DNA from: Daphnia carinata
Lineage: Eukaryota
Direction of reading: 5' to 3'
NCBI RefSeq assembly: GCF_022539665.2
Contig: NC_081333.1
Coordinates: forward strand, 5,456,001-5,520,000
Length of the DNA stretch: 64,000 bases
Shown: piece after piece, positions 50,501 to 63,520 of the stretch
Layout: each line of letters starts with the position of its first letter
How positions within the stretch are numbered: position 1 is the stretch's first letter
Made by a program: the position numbers and the translations under genes
The notes under the pieces: generated by a model
What the model saw: the letters and a program-made list of their open reading frames with translations, nothing else
What the model was told of the DNA's origin: nothing
Database searches by the model: none

Positions 50501-53138
50501 TTTCCCGATGAAAACCAAATTCCCATTCGAAATGTAAATCTTATGAATTATCAAAAAGCAACCTGTGGAAATGGTCACCAGGACGTACCATACGACATAG
50601 CTCAGCAACTTATGGACGAAGCGCTTGACCCAGCATGCGACGATTGCCCAAAAACGGAAGAAGAATTTTGTATCCTAGAAAATGATCCTGGCGTCGGATT
50701 TACGGTAGGATGTTTCTTAGACTTTTGAGCGCATAATTTTTATTTTACTTCATTATTTTTTTTGCACGATCTATTTAGCCTCGAGGAGGTGAGCCACAGG
50801 TTCGTCAGTTAATGCCGGCTTCCATACAAGTTGTCGATGGCCATTTTTCGCCTCCCATTGGAAAAACTGACGTTCTTAAAGCCCCGAAGAACTTTCCTGT
50901 CCCCGTTATGCGATATGTGCTCAGTGAAATGACACTGATTTGGGAAATATTCGGTGGCCAAGATTTTCCGAAGTCTGCGTCGTCTTCCAATGCGAGGTTC
51001 GTTCCTACTACAACTGCAGTACGATAAGATCTATTTTGACGCTGCGTATAACTTTGTGCCATTTTTCCGTTACCAGTAAGCCTAAGTTTCACAAAACGGT
51101 TAGCTTCACGAAGGGAAAGGACAGCCCTGAACAGGTAAAATTTTTCCCATCGGTTGATGGTAAGAATACGTCTCAGCCTACTGGGAAACGTCCAAACGAT
51201 TGGCGTAGATGTCAAAACATGAGAGGTGGTTATAACAGACAACAAGATGTTAAATTGGAGCTTCAAATGAATAAGGTAGCTACTGGGAAAATTCGTAGCT
51301 AACGGAATATTTCATTGGATTCTTTATTGTTTACCAGGTGCGACTTATCCATGAAGTTTACCCTGACGATACGTTCCAAGCCTCCCGTCAAGTCTTGACA
51401 ATAGCTGATATAGAAATTAGAGATCGCCTCGCTGAATCACACATTAATAAACTGTTGTATCAGTACTGCTGCGAGGCGCGACCCCGACAGGCTCATGCTA
51501 ACATGATTCTCGTCAAGGCGCTACATATTAGACCTGATCTTCATCTACCTGCTTTGGAATGTTGTTTAAAAGTAAGTGAAGCTGTTTCCATTTTGTGCTT
51601 CTGTTCGAATATTTTGGTTGAAGAAAAAACAAGCTTTATGACGTTTTTTCCGCGTTGCATCACAGGTGTCCATTTTACCTCTACGGTTGCATTTAGATCA
51701 AGATACGCTTGTCTTTATGACTGATTTTTTTGCTGCCATGTCCGAAGTAGGGTGTCATGACGGTACGTCTTTACATTTGGCCGATTAGATTTTATGAATT
51801 TGCTGATGACTTTTCTTTGTTATATCGTTTTTCACTGTAGAAGAAGAGGGAGGAAGATCCGCTATGAATGGACCGATTCCAGTTCCTATAATGGGTTTAG
51901 CAACAGATGTTGTTTCGCCAGGCACTTACCCGAGAGAATTTACCCACCAGCGGGAATCAGTTAGCACCGTGGATTGCAATGATCTGTCAACTTCCCCGCC
52001 AGTGTATTTCAGATCGTTTACCTTTTCACCCGATGTGTTGATCCGATTTGACTACCACGGTAAAGGGGTGGACCTTAGTCAAGGGCCCTCCTTTTCTGGA
52101 CTTTTAGTCGGGCTTGGGCAATTGAATTGCTCACAGTTAACTCTTAAACGACTTTCCCATCGGCACGGGTGAATATATTTTGCATTAATATACCATTTCG
52201 GCCAATCCCATTGGCAGATTCGGTTATTGTGGTGCATATTATACGTTGTTTCATTATATATTGGACATTTGAATATTCCACAGGCTTCTCGGAATTCATA
52301 AATTGATCGCGTTTGCTCTAAACGAATGGTTGATGGATATCAAGAAAAACCAGCTTCCATCAATAATGGCAGGTGTGGGACCAATGCATTCAATAGTTCA
52401 GTTAGGTAAGAACCTGCATTAATTTTACGAATTGGATATATGATGTACTTCTGTTAAACGTTGGGTATCCTTTTATTAAAAAAATAGTTCAAGGAATTCG
52501 CGATCTTTTCTGGCTACCAGTAGAACAGTTTCAAAAAGATGGGAGAATTGTTCGTGGACTGCAACGAGGTGCTAATGCTTTCAGTACATCTGCTGCATTA
52601 GCGATTCTGGAGTTGACTTCTCGTGTAGTACAAACCTTACAGGTATGCAAGAAAATGTTCATTTAGTGTTAGTTACACATTCTCATATAGTGTTGTGAAC
52701 CAGAGCGCTGCGGAAACTGCTTATGATGTGGTTTCACCGGGACCCAGCGTGAGAAGATCCCGGACAGGGTCACGGGGTCGACGTCGAAGGCAAGTTCAAC
52801 CTGTGGATATTCGCGATGGAGTAGCCAAAGCCTATCAAGTCGTCAAGGAAGTAAGTAAATCGCAATTATTCGTTGTCTGTTAAATAGTCAATTTTCACTC
52901 CATTATGCAGGGTTTAGGAGAAACTGCCCAAACCTTAGTTCGTGTCGCAAATGAAGAGGCAGAGCAAAAAGGGATGACGGGAGCTGTAGGTGGAGTTCTT
53001 CGACAGATCCCTCCCATTGTAGTCAAACCTATAATTCTAGCAACTGAGGCTACTTTCAATGTGATTGGTGGCGTTCAAAGCCAGCTGATGCCTGATACGC
53101 GAAAGGAAGCTTGTGACAAATGGAGACGAGATGATTAA
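44520..53138 (+). CDS. ATG2: Autophagy-related protein 2 (lipid-transfer protein), about 29 exons
   Basis: N-terminal chorein-N MPWYFPWSEAIKRRACRYLLQHYLGRFL..KLGLDQLSVDLYKGTG; internal RFPIPDLRP, IYNRL, RTCADSC, EEFCILE, EIRDRLAESHINKLLY, IRFDYHGKGV, NCSQLTLKRL; C-terminal KGMTGAVGGVLRQIPPIVVKPIILATEAT...KWRRDD*. First exons 44520-44687, 44751-44919, 44986-45241; last exon 52911-53138. Confidence 0.97.
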
Positions 53139-53930
53139 AATATAACCCCAAAACTAAACTAAATCTGTTCTAATTTGTAATAGAAGCTGCTGCCTTTTCT
53201 CCTAACGTTCTTCTTTTTATTTGTTTTACATATCAATTCTATTTCCTTTCACACTCGAACAATACTCTGTGACATCAGAAAATATATACCAATTTATACT
53301 TCTTTCCGTTCTTTGAATCTATACCTCTTACTTCGGTATATTAAAAAAGCAAAATCAGACATTTCAGACAAGTACAAACAACTAAAGCGGGGCATCAAGT
53401 TTTGGAGCTCCAATCTCCATTTTCGCACAATTCTTCTTGAGAGACGTATTCAAACGGGCTGTGCGTGAGTTCTGGGGATTTTGTTGTGATTTATAAATAT
53501 AATATTCCGGATGGTGTTGTATAAAAATATGTTTCTACAGCTAGGAAGTCTGTGTGATTTAGGCAATGTACGCTTTTGGGCTCGGGTCCGCCCCTAATGG
53601 GAAGGTATTTCGCAGAATAGACTATCCTCCAAAAAAAAGGAGGCATTCCCTGGTCGCCGAAAATATAATAAAATATTGATAACGCTAGATGGCATTCTTT
53701 TTTTTTGTTGCTGTTGTTGTTTTAGGTGCCTCCTGTGTGGCGTTGCCATATTGTGAACGGGTCGTCCTCGGAGACCAAAATTAGCACCGGAAGTTTATTT
53801 CGTGTAGTCAAATAAAGTCAAATTTTAGTTTGCGGTGCTTGTGGTGCTCACAGTGTTGTGGTGGTTGTATAAGTATGTTTAAATTGAGCTGTAGGTTCTG
53901 TTCCTGTACAAGACATCCATTACTGCAGTG

Positions 53931-55422
53931 CAGGGTTGGATTACCGCGTTAAAAAAAATACCGCGATAGTACCGCGGTAATGCTGTATTACCACTACCGC
54001 TACCGCGATATTTTTTTCCAATGGTTACCGCTACCGTTACCGCTAGAAAAAAATATCAAAAATCGGTATCGGTACTTAAGCGGTACGAAGCCATCTAGCG
54101 ATAAGACTATTAATTTTTTCCTGTTTTTAGCAGACTGCATTTCAAGTAAATATTTCAAAACGTTTTTTATTCCTATTTCCCTAGTTGTTCACAGGGTTTG
54201 AGGGACCTCGATCAATCAAATACGTCTAAATTTCGGACAAACGCTACTATGGTACCCATCACAAGTTGCATTCTCACTTTTGCAGGTTTATCTAGGCTAG
54301 TACTAGGAATGTTTTATGGCTGCTATTGCAGCAGTATTTAAAATTTTTAAGTGTTGCAGCCATCCATAGAATATTGTAAGAAATTTTGCTATTATCTGTG
54401 TGTACTTCAAGTTATTAAAAAGAGATAGAGGTTATGATAGTCTAGTTTATTTGAGCCTTTTGTTTAATGAACTTTTTTCTATTCAAAATTGGTTATTTCG
54501 AATTTCCTACTAATGATAATTACATATCCGAAGTTGATTCAAGTATGGATATTGTCTCTGAAACATCTCTTGACATGTCCACCAACATTGGCGAAAATTA
54601 GTTCTACACGTTCAAAAACAAAAGGGAAAAAGGTGAGAAAATGAAACATGAAACAAACCTTAAACCAACCACATTAATTCACATTATAAATCCAAGTTCA
54701 ATTTTAGATGGCGAAAAACGTATCATTCTCTGTCCTGAAACGCTTATCAAATAAGTTGGGCCAGGCAAGAGAAAGGGAACTTCGTATGATGAATGCCTTA
54801 TTGGACAGTGCAAAGTAAAGCCAAAAGCACTATCAGCAGTAGACAATTTAAGAGGCAACATCACAAAACACCTTTCAATTAAACATAACAAAGAAAATTT
54901 TGAAAATTTCGATTTTCTATGCAAAGAAACTGACATTACCAAGTGAAACGAATTTCAAAGTGAAACGAAGTAGTTCTTTCCTGAAAACACAAGGAACTGC
55001 AGCAACATTAAAAGAAACTCAAACAAAACTATCGTAAAGTGGCAGCCTACGAATTTTAGGTCTTAATTACATTACGAGACCGAAATTTAGATTTTTTTTG
55101 TGCATACTATGCACTCGTCTTGGAGTCAAAACAAAACGATACTGTGAGAAGTGCGATACGTGTTTCCTTCGAAAGAAAAAGATAAGGCTCAAAGCGAATC
55201 TGAATGAAGCACAATGGCTCTGCATTATGGCTGGCTGGTTTTAAGGGCCAACAGTTCGTTATAGCAAAATCACATAAATACAGAAGTGATTTTCATGAAG
55301 TTTGATCGTATTATGGAAAAAATAAAAATTTTACCGCTACCGTTACCGTGCGTTAATTGGAAAAAAATTAAGTACCGCTACCGCGGTAGCGGTACTTTTT
55401 AAAAATACCGCTTCCAACCCTG
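53931..55422 (+). mobile_element. 1.5-kb non-autonomous hAT element, copy 1, with BED zinc-finger remnant
   Basis: TIRs CAGGGTTGGA / TCCAACCCTG and a perfect 8-bp TSD CTGCAGTG (53923-53930, 55423-55430). TACCGC subterminal repeats. Internal CLIGQCKVKPKALSAVDNLRGNITKHLSIKH is BED-like. Confidence 0.95.
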
Positions 55423-57101
55423 CTGCAGTGGAGAGGCCGGTGGATCAAATCTCATTGTGAGAGTTGAGGACAGGCTCTGGGTGTGTCGAAGATGATTCTT
55501 TAAGTGTGTTAGCTGGTGACTGAAGGGAGTGAAGTCTGGGGAGATGGCTTGTTGGTTTTTCTGCGATATAATTGCACATTTTTTTGAGCAGTGGTAGCCG
55601 TGGGGCTAGCGTGGCAATCGTTTGAGCAACGGAATCCAGGAACGATTTCAAGATAGTTAGGGCTTTGGTGTTCGCGTTGCAGTTTTCCTGCATCTTATAT
55701 GCTACATTGATTGGGGTGTAGCTTTGAAATTTTCTTTTTATGTTAGAGATTTCCGATTTGAGTTTTTCTAGTTCTTGGGTTAGATTTGCGATCTTGATTT
55801 CGATGGCATGTATTTGTGGACGCAAATGTTCAGGGAGTAGCCTCTAAGCTCTACCTACTTCGCTTTTTTATGCTGTCAAATTCCATGTTATGCCCGTCTG
55901 CTTGTACTTGTAAGGCGCTTTCAGATGGCATTCTTTTGCAATATCTAAATAAAACAAAAAAAGGCATGCGACTTTTTTTTTGTTTGTATTGACGGCAAAA
56001 TACGAGACAGTTGCCGAGATTTCCGAAGTTTTTTTTGCTGCTAGCAAAAATGACCATGCTTCTTTTGTTTTTATGTTGTACAAAAATGCCATATAGCGCA
56101 AACAATACATTATTATATTTTCGGCGACCCGGGTTTGTGCCTTTTTTTCTGGAGGATACTGTACTGTAATGACGGAAACAACGAAAAGTGTTTAGCATTC
56201 ATGACGGACCAGAAACACATAAACAGAAAAGATAAGCATTGCTAAAAGCATGGTCGGCAGAGGGCACACACCAAAACTGATGGCAGAAATCATCACTGCA
56301 ATTTTTTTTAGCAGATGTTACTCTTTAAGCACGTAGTCGTTGACCCAAATATCCCCTTAGCAGTGTTCCTTTAATTTAAACAAATTTCGTGTAAACAGTG
56401 TTACATACCTCTTAACTAAACCCTTACTAAAAATGTTGATAATCTATCCTATAGTTTAAACAAATGGTGTGTTATCTAAGCTATTGTGAGAGCTGGAGGA
56501 CCAACTTCTTTTATATAGAATGGGAAGGAATGTAACGAGTCAAAACTCATTTCTTTACGCTTGATGGTAGTTTGCGGTAGCATTGAAATGGGAGTGACGC
56601 GTAGTGTATACACCGTTTCACCACGAACTGGAGTCGCTACTACCACGCTTATCGGTACGCCTCCATGAAGTACAGTTATCACTTGATAATTATTATTTGA
56701 TAACTACGTTGTTATTATGGTTTATTAATGTTGTTATAGAAAAATAACATGTTTACCTCATACTGCAACGTATCAGCTACGTACTACATACAAGTATATA
56801 CTAAAATGGTCGATGTTTACTACGTAGCAGAACTATGTAATAATGATATTTTGCATCATATTTTTGCCATGGACAGGGATACCTCTACCAATTAAAAACT
56901 CTTACATATCTATTCAGTAAACGATTGTCATGTTTGAGAGATAGCTAAATAGGATAACTAAAATTTATCACAGTAAGATATCTGATATACAACCCATTAA
57001 TTTTATGTTTGCGTATAATTATTCTTTCTTTGAACGAAAATTTTATGGATGGACTATAAAGTTTGTAATTTTAAACATGAATACTAAATGTATTTTTTGT
57101 T

Positions 57102-57516
57102 CACACAAAAGAAGGTTTCATGACTAAAAGTAAATTGCAACTACTACTGTAACAACTTGTAAACTGAGGCTGGGTATTTTGCTGGATAAAATTTGATAAT
57201 TAGCTAACAGGTTCCCTGGAAACAATTCAATGCAAACTGGAATGAAAAGTATTTGTAAGCCAAAAATTCCAGAAAATCGATCCCTTTTGATTCTCCGAGT
57301 TTTCAACGCCCTCCGAGTCACAGAACTTTCGTTGTGTGTTTTTACTTGGCGAATGTCCGACTTTCCTTTCCCATATTCAAATTAGCCGCCTGTCACCATG
57401 GTTCCTTGCAGGGAATTCGTCTGCTATTGATGAAAGAGGGGAATTAGCCGCTAGATGCTCCTCCAAAAAGTGTCATGGCGGCTTTAACATGGTCGTGTCC
57501 CATCTCCTTATCTCTG
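57102..57516 (+). mobile_element. 5'-truncated copy of the 12490-13082 MITE
   Basis: Near-identical to 12668-13082, ending in ccatctccttatctctg. Confidence 0.92.
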
Positions 57517-60500
57517 GTTGCCACCATTAAGTCTTTTATTTCGTCTACCAAGCCTAGTAAGATTTTGATATCGAATCCGGAAGGACAACACACCTAGCTT
57601 CTATACAATCATCTACGAAACTTTTCGTGTTTCGCTTTTCGACTCTTTTAATGTGAAGACTTATGTTTACGAAATGCAAACAAAAATATTGTCGCGTGTT
57701 GGCTAATAAATGTTGTAGATACTTACTAATTTTTTGGACATTCATTTTCTGATGTCGGCTAAGATTTCTTTAAATTGTTCAAATTGTTCAATAGTGCTGA
57801 GTGGTAGAGAGAATTTAGCGGTTAACAGTTATCAAACCGCGCCGTGATTGAACAAAAAATGACGAGTTGTCCATGCGAAACTCTAATCTCCTTGTGTACA
57901 TCCAAAATGTGTAATCTTATCCGAAAGTAGTCTACGGGAAAATCTAGTATTTGATCATTTCTGTCAGTTTTACATTTTTGCTAGAGCCTTGGTGAAAAAA
58001 CAAGTTCATTGAATTTGGATTTGGAAGCTTTGAATTTGGAAGCTTCGAATTTTAAAGAGCAAGCATTGTTCCTGCTACTGTTATATTGCAATAATCGGCT
58101 CCCAGTCACGTCAGTCGCGACTGGGTGTCTATTGCTTACACACAATTAGGTCGACGGATGTTAGTAAATACAAGACATAAAAAGGGTATTCTGGTCAGAC
58201 TGTCGTGAGTGGTACATAGATCATGTTGGTTATGATCCGACAGCCAGTCATGTCGGCTGCTCGGATATGAAGAGAACGCAAGGTCAACTGATAAGCCTCG
58301 GCCAAACGGAAAAAGGTAGTAAAGAAAAATCGGAGAAAGGAGGTTCAGTGGGGTGAAGGAAATACATGGGGCAGCACATAAATGTTCTAACTAACATGTT
58401 TAACTTAAAATTGATCTGAAGTCCTTACAATAAAGGGAGTCTAGAGTATTCGATATGACGTAGTCTCAGCAGAAGGTTTGTTAGTTTTAAAATGCTTTTG
58501 TTCTTCGTCCTATTTTTGACTTTTCGATTACTTTTAGGGACTTTATCCCAGAGTAAAACAAGACAGTAGAGATGTATTATTTGCATTCCACAGGTCCTAT
58601 TGGATATTCGGAAGATGAAAAAATTCAACTTAAAAATTTCGAAGTGCAAACATTGAAGTGGAATGTAAGACATAAGTTGATTGTATTTTTATAGCCCTGA
58701 ATTTGTAATTGAAATATATCACGTAACACCTTCCTTGCATGATCTAGCTATAGTTCATATAATATGTAGTCAACTTAAACGGAATAAAGGGATCTCTAGC
58801 TCGTTAGGATATATATTTTTCGAAATTTTTGCTGCCATCGTGTCTCTTCTTTTGACCTATTAAGAGAAGCAACATTGTGTGAAACAAAAAGCTCGTTTCT
58901 CATGGCATTTGTATCTTCGAAGAACAACCCAATCAGCAAATGTTATGCAAGTGCCTGGAAGCAGGAAGGTGTGATGGATGACCATGGCTTTTAGAATGAG
59001 GTAAACACTATAGAATTTACAAAACACTAAACATTACTATATGCGCTGAATTGATTTAGTAAACAAAGTACTACACAGAGATGTATATTTATGATCGAAC
59101 CATTTGTCTGCAACACTGGAATTGTGATTAAAAATTTTAATTTTAAAAGAATTTTGAATAAAACCTTACGGTTATAATAAGAAATTCGAAATTTTGGTCA
59201 ATTCGCCATTATCGAACCGACAATGGTGATGTGTTCGTAATTTTTTTTTGCTATTGCTCGGCAATTAAAATTGGACACTGCACTAATATTCCGTGTTAAA
59301 CAACGCCGTCGCAATCCTTCTCAGTAAACAGTCAGTGAGTGCTTGTTGCATATTCGGAGATAACGATGGTCTAAGCTATGTCACCATGAAAGAGGAACGT
59401 TAATAATAGTTACGCTGCCTACTAGCGAGTACTTGTTGAATTTTTCCAGCTGCTTCTTTTGCATTAATAATGTCCATTAAGCTTATACATGATTGTTGGT
59501 ACGCTTTCCATCAGCTAAAATCGTGTGAAATTTTTCCGTGACATGTGTCGTGCCTAGCATCCAACGCAACATTCAGCATTATCTAGTCGTTTCTGTTAGC
59601 CGCAGTTTTTGCGAGATAATTGAATTCCACCTTTTGTTCTTCAATAATATGTTTCACATTTCTAACGTCAAATATTGTTGATGATAAGCAATGTTTTTCT
59701 TCTATAAAAAAGTTACGTAGGGGATTTCCAACGACCCTGGCCAGGAAACTATACAGAATAAGGCCTAGCCCGAAAGCGGAATTTTTACTGTCAGCGCCAG
59801 TAGTACATCGAAGTGGCGTTTCCTCAATCACGTGTTGATACTGACCTCTGAGGCGATTGTAAACACTTTGCACACTATTGACACGATGTGCAATCACTGA
59901 CGTTTCGTCAAAGCTTGACTCTAATAGACAAATTATTCGACAAGTTTTGTTTGACTGGTGTCAGATCGAGATAAGTATCGAGGTAAATAAGGTAATTAGT
60001 CCTGTCTGAATGTCTCACTTTGTTCGTAGACTAATCATTTGAACTACGAATATGAGGTTTAGTAAGAGCACCTACATCACCTCACACACATCACCTAATT
60101 TCATTGTTTGTAACTTTCAGATTATTGACAGATATTTCATATTTTTCAAAGTAAAGATTCCTTGAAGTTAAAAGAGTTTTTGACAGAAGACATTCATTAC
60201 ACTGAACCAGTATGGAAGTTACGTAAAACGTAAACGTAGTACGTTAAATCTTACCAACTTCTCCCGTTCTTGGGAATCAATAGCTTGAAAAGTATTTTTT
60301 GATGAATAACAAACCCACAGAATCTAACATGCACTAGAAAAAAAGAGTCACCCCCCCCCCCGCGGTCTCCAAAAATATTGTAACGGACGATCGCCGTCAG
60401 AGCCGTTTATTTGGAAATCAAAGAGAATGGACTACAGAATAACTAGGAATAAGGGAAGCAAAGGTTTAAACAACTTTAACACATCAGAATAACTAAGACG

Positions 60501-61149
60501 GAAGGACCCCGATCCAGCCGAGTGGTCGTCTTTTATACCATCGTTGGGCGTTTTCTCCTGTTCTAGGGATTTAAGTAATTGGGTGATAACCTTCCTGTGA
60601 CATTTAATAATCATCGGTTTATCTAACTCTCGGGAGTTAACCAAAGAGATAAATTCTATAGGTTGCATAACCCTACGTCTGCTGCGCGTTACAATATATT
60701 GATCTATTATGAGCGCTAGATGGCATTATAAGTAATAGAAAACATAACGAAAAAGAATGCAATTTATTTTGATTGTTTTGACGACAAAATCTCGGACAGT
60801 AGCCGAGATTTTCAAAGCTTTTTTGCTGCGAGCAAAATGGAGAAAAGGGAAATTTTGAGAAGGCCAAGTTTGTTGAATTTTAACCTATCCCCCATCTGAT
60901 ATTTTTTCCTCAAACTTTCGTTTTTCTTATTTTCTCGCAACAAAAAAACCTTATGGGCGAAAAGATTTTAGAAGACGGAAAATATTGTAGTATTCTTTTC
61001 TTAAACATATATAAAAAACATTTTAAAAATTTTTTTACTGCTATTTATTTAAGTTCAGCATAGTGGCAAATAAAATTAGGATTTAATATTTTGTCCACCA
61101 GCCCTTTGCCTAAATGCATAATTGAAGTCTATTTGTCATAGAAAGCGCT

Positions 61150-63520
61150 AATTTGTCACCGTAAGCGCCTCTATCAGTTAAATTTTGCCAAGCGTTTTGT
61201 GTATGGGCAAAAACTTCTTCTTTGTTTCACGAATTTCTTGCATCAAATTCACGAAAAATATCCCCCCAAATGATTTGAATGGGATTTAAGTCAGGTGAGC
61301 GGGCAGGCCACGGAAGAACCATGATCTGTGAATGGACAGCAAACCAAGCCCTAACTACCCTAGCTGTATAGATAGGGGAATTATTCTGGCCAATAAGTTT
61401 CGGTTATCCACGGCAGGAAAATGTTTTCCATGATGGTCAGGTATTTTTCTTTCGTGAATCTGCCATCGATTTCAACTATTGGGCAAGAGCCAGCCGCAGA
61501 AAAACAACCCCACACAGAAATTGTTTTGCGCCCACTCCTATTACTTGGCTACATATGATCCCGCTGAAACCTCCTGCCCTTTTTCAGTTAAACAAACACT
61601 CTACCGCATTCGTCAGACCTTAATAAATTATTAATATATAATTTATAAGATACTATTACCTAAAATTAATTTTAGAAATATTAATAACCAAACGTTTTTT
61701 CATCTGAAAAACCTACCTTCGACCAATACAAAGGATCTTTATTAATAAAGTCCGTCGCAAACATAAACGATTTTCCGCGTTAAGCTGCGTGAGATCGATT
61801 TCTTTGCGGCCACGCAAGTTATAATGCCGCGACGTTTAAAACGACGACATAAGGTCTGCGAACTTACGGGTATTGAGAGTGAATCTAAATAGAAAAAAAT
61901 TGGTCTTATTAGGCCAACAAGAAAAGATGCGCTTCCCAAACCTGCGCTAACACTAGCTTTGGTAATAGGGTTAGCAGCAAGGGTGGAAGCGGTACTTTTA
62001 AATAGTACCGCTACCGCGGTAGCGGTAGCAATTTTCGCAGAAAGTATCGCGGTAATTTTTTTCCAAGTAACGCACGGTAACGGTAGCGGTAAAAAATTTT
62101 TTGTGCATAATACGATCAAACTTCATGAAAATCACTTCTGTATTGATGTGATTTTACTATAAGGAACTGTTGGCCCTTAAAACCAGCCAGCCATATTGCA
62201 GAGCCATTGTGCTTCATTCAGCTCCCTTTGAGCCTTATCTTTTTCTTTCGAAGGAAACGCTTATCGCACTTCTCACAGTATCGTTTTGTTTTGACTCCAA
62301 GACGAGTGCATAGCATGCACAAAAAAAATCTAAATTTCGGTCTCGTAATGTAATTAAGGCCTAAAATTCGTAGGTTGCCACTTTACGATAGTTTTGTTTG
62401 AGTTTCTTTTAATGTTGCTGCAGTTCCTTGTGTTTTCAGGAAAGAACTACTTCGTTTCACTTTGAAATTCGTTTCACTTGGTAATGTCAGTTTCTTTGCA
62501 TAGAAAATAGAAATTTTCTAAATTTTCTTTGTTATGTTTAATTGAAAGGTGTTTTGTGATGTTGCCTCTTAAATTGTTTACTGCTGATATTGCTTTTGGC
62601 TTTACTTTGCACTGTCCAATAAGGCATTCATCATACGAAGTTCCCCTTCTCTTGCCTGGTCCAACTTATTTGATAAGCGTTTCAGGATAGAGAATGATAC
62701 ATTTTTCGCCATCTAAAATTGAACTTGGATTTATAATGTGAATTAATTTGGTTGGTTTAAGGTTTGTTTTATGTTTCATTTTCTCACCTTTTTTCCCTTT
62801 TGTTTTTGAACGTGTAGAACTAGTTTTTGCCTCACCAATGTTGGTGGACATGTCAAGTGGTGGTTCAGAGACAATATCCATACTTGAATCAACTTCGGAT
62901 ATGTAATTATCATTAGTAGGAAATTCGAAATAACCAATTTTGAATAGAAAAAGTTCATTAAACAAAAGGCACAAATAAACTAGACTATCATAACCTCTAT
63001 CTCTTTTTAATAACTTGAAGTACACATAGATAATAGCAACATTTCTTACAATATTCTATGGATGGCTGCAATACTTGAAAATTTTAAATACTGCTGCAAT
63101 AGCAGCCATAAAACATTCCTAGTGCTAGCCTAGATAAACCTGCAAAAGTGAGAATGCAACTTGTGATGGGTACCATAGTAGCTTTTGTCCGAAATTTAGA
63201 CGTATTCGATTGATCGAGGTCCCTCAAACCCTGTGAACAACTAGGGAAATAGGAATAAAAAACGTTTTGAAATATTTACTTGAAATACAGTCTGCTAAAA
63301 ACAGGAAAAAATTAATAGTCATATCGCTAGATGGCTTAAAAGTACCGTTATCGATTTTGGTATTTTTTACTAGCTGTTACGGTAGCGGTAACCATGGGAA
63401 AAAAATATCTCGGTATTTTTTTTAACGCGGTAATCCAACCCTGGTTAGCGGCGGCGAAACGCGCTATTGCGTTATCCTGATGCACTGTTGTTTTTTTCTT
63501 TATGCCTGGTACTTATAGCA
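61150..63520 (-). pseudogene. Tc1/mariner transposase remnant (apparently intron-containing), split by hAT copy 2
   Basis: Minus strand VSSQTLCRRFKRRGIITCVAAKK, WSKVGFSDEKTF, RSGRKTISVWGCFSAAG, QNNSPIYTARVVRAWF and LPWPARSPDLNPIQIIW. The N-terminal NAIARFAAA|NPITKA rejoins across the insertion. Confidence 0.88.
61978..63443 (-). mobile_element. 1.5-kb non-autonomous hAT element, copy 2 (inverted relative to 53931-55422)
   Basis: Colinear reverse complement of copy 1. Ends caagggtggaagcggta / taatccaaccctg. TSD GTTAGCAG (61970-61977) versus GTTAGCGG (63444-63451). Confidence 0.93.

Noticed and set aside
50038..51266. Antisense ORFs overlapping ATG2 exons
   Set aside because: Shadow ORFs opposite long coding exons, with no independent motifs.
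55445..55825. Coiled-coil ORF as a host gene
   Set aside because: Non-ATG start and embedded among transposons; it may be a LINE ORF1 fragment, but I cannot support a call.
57520..60400. Possible transposase or gene remnants (e.g. ORF 59583-59897)
   Set aside because: No motif I could recognise with confidence, so left unannotated.
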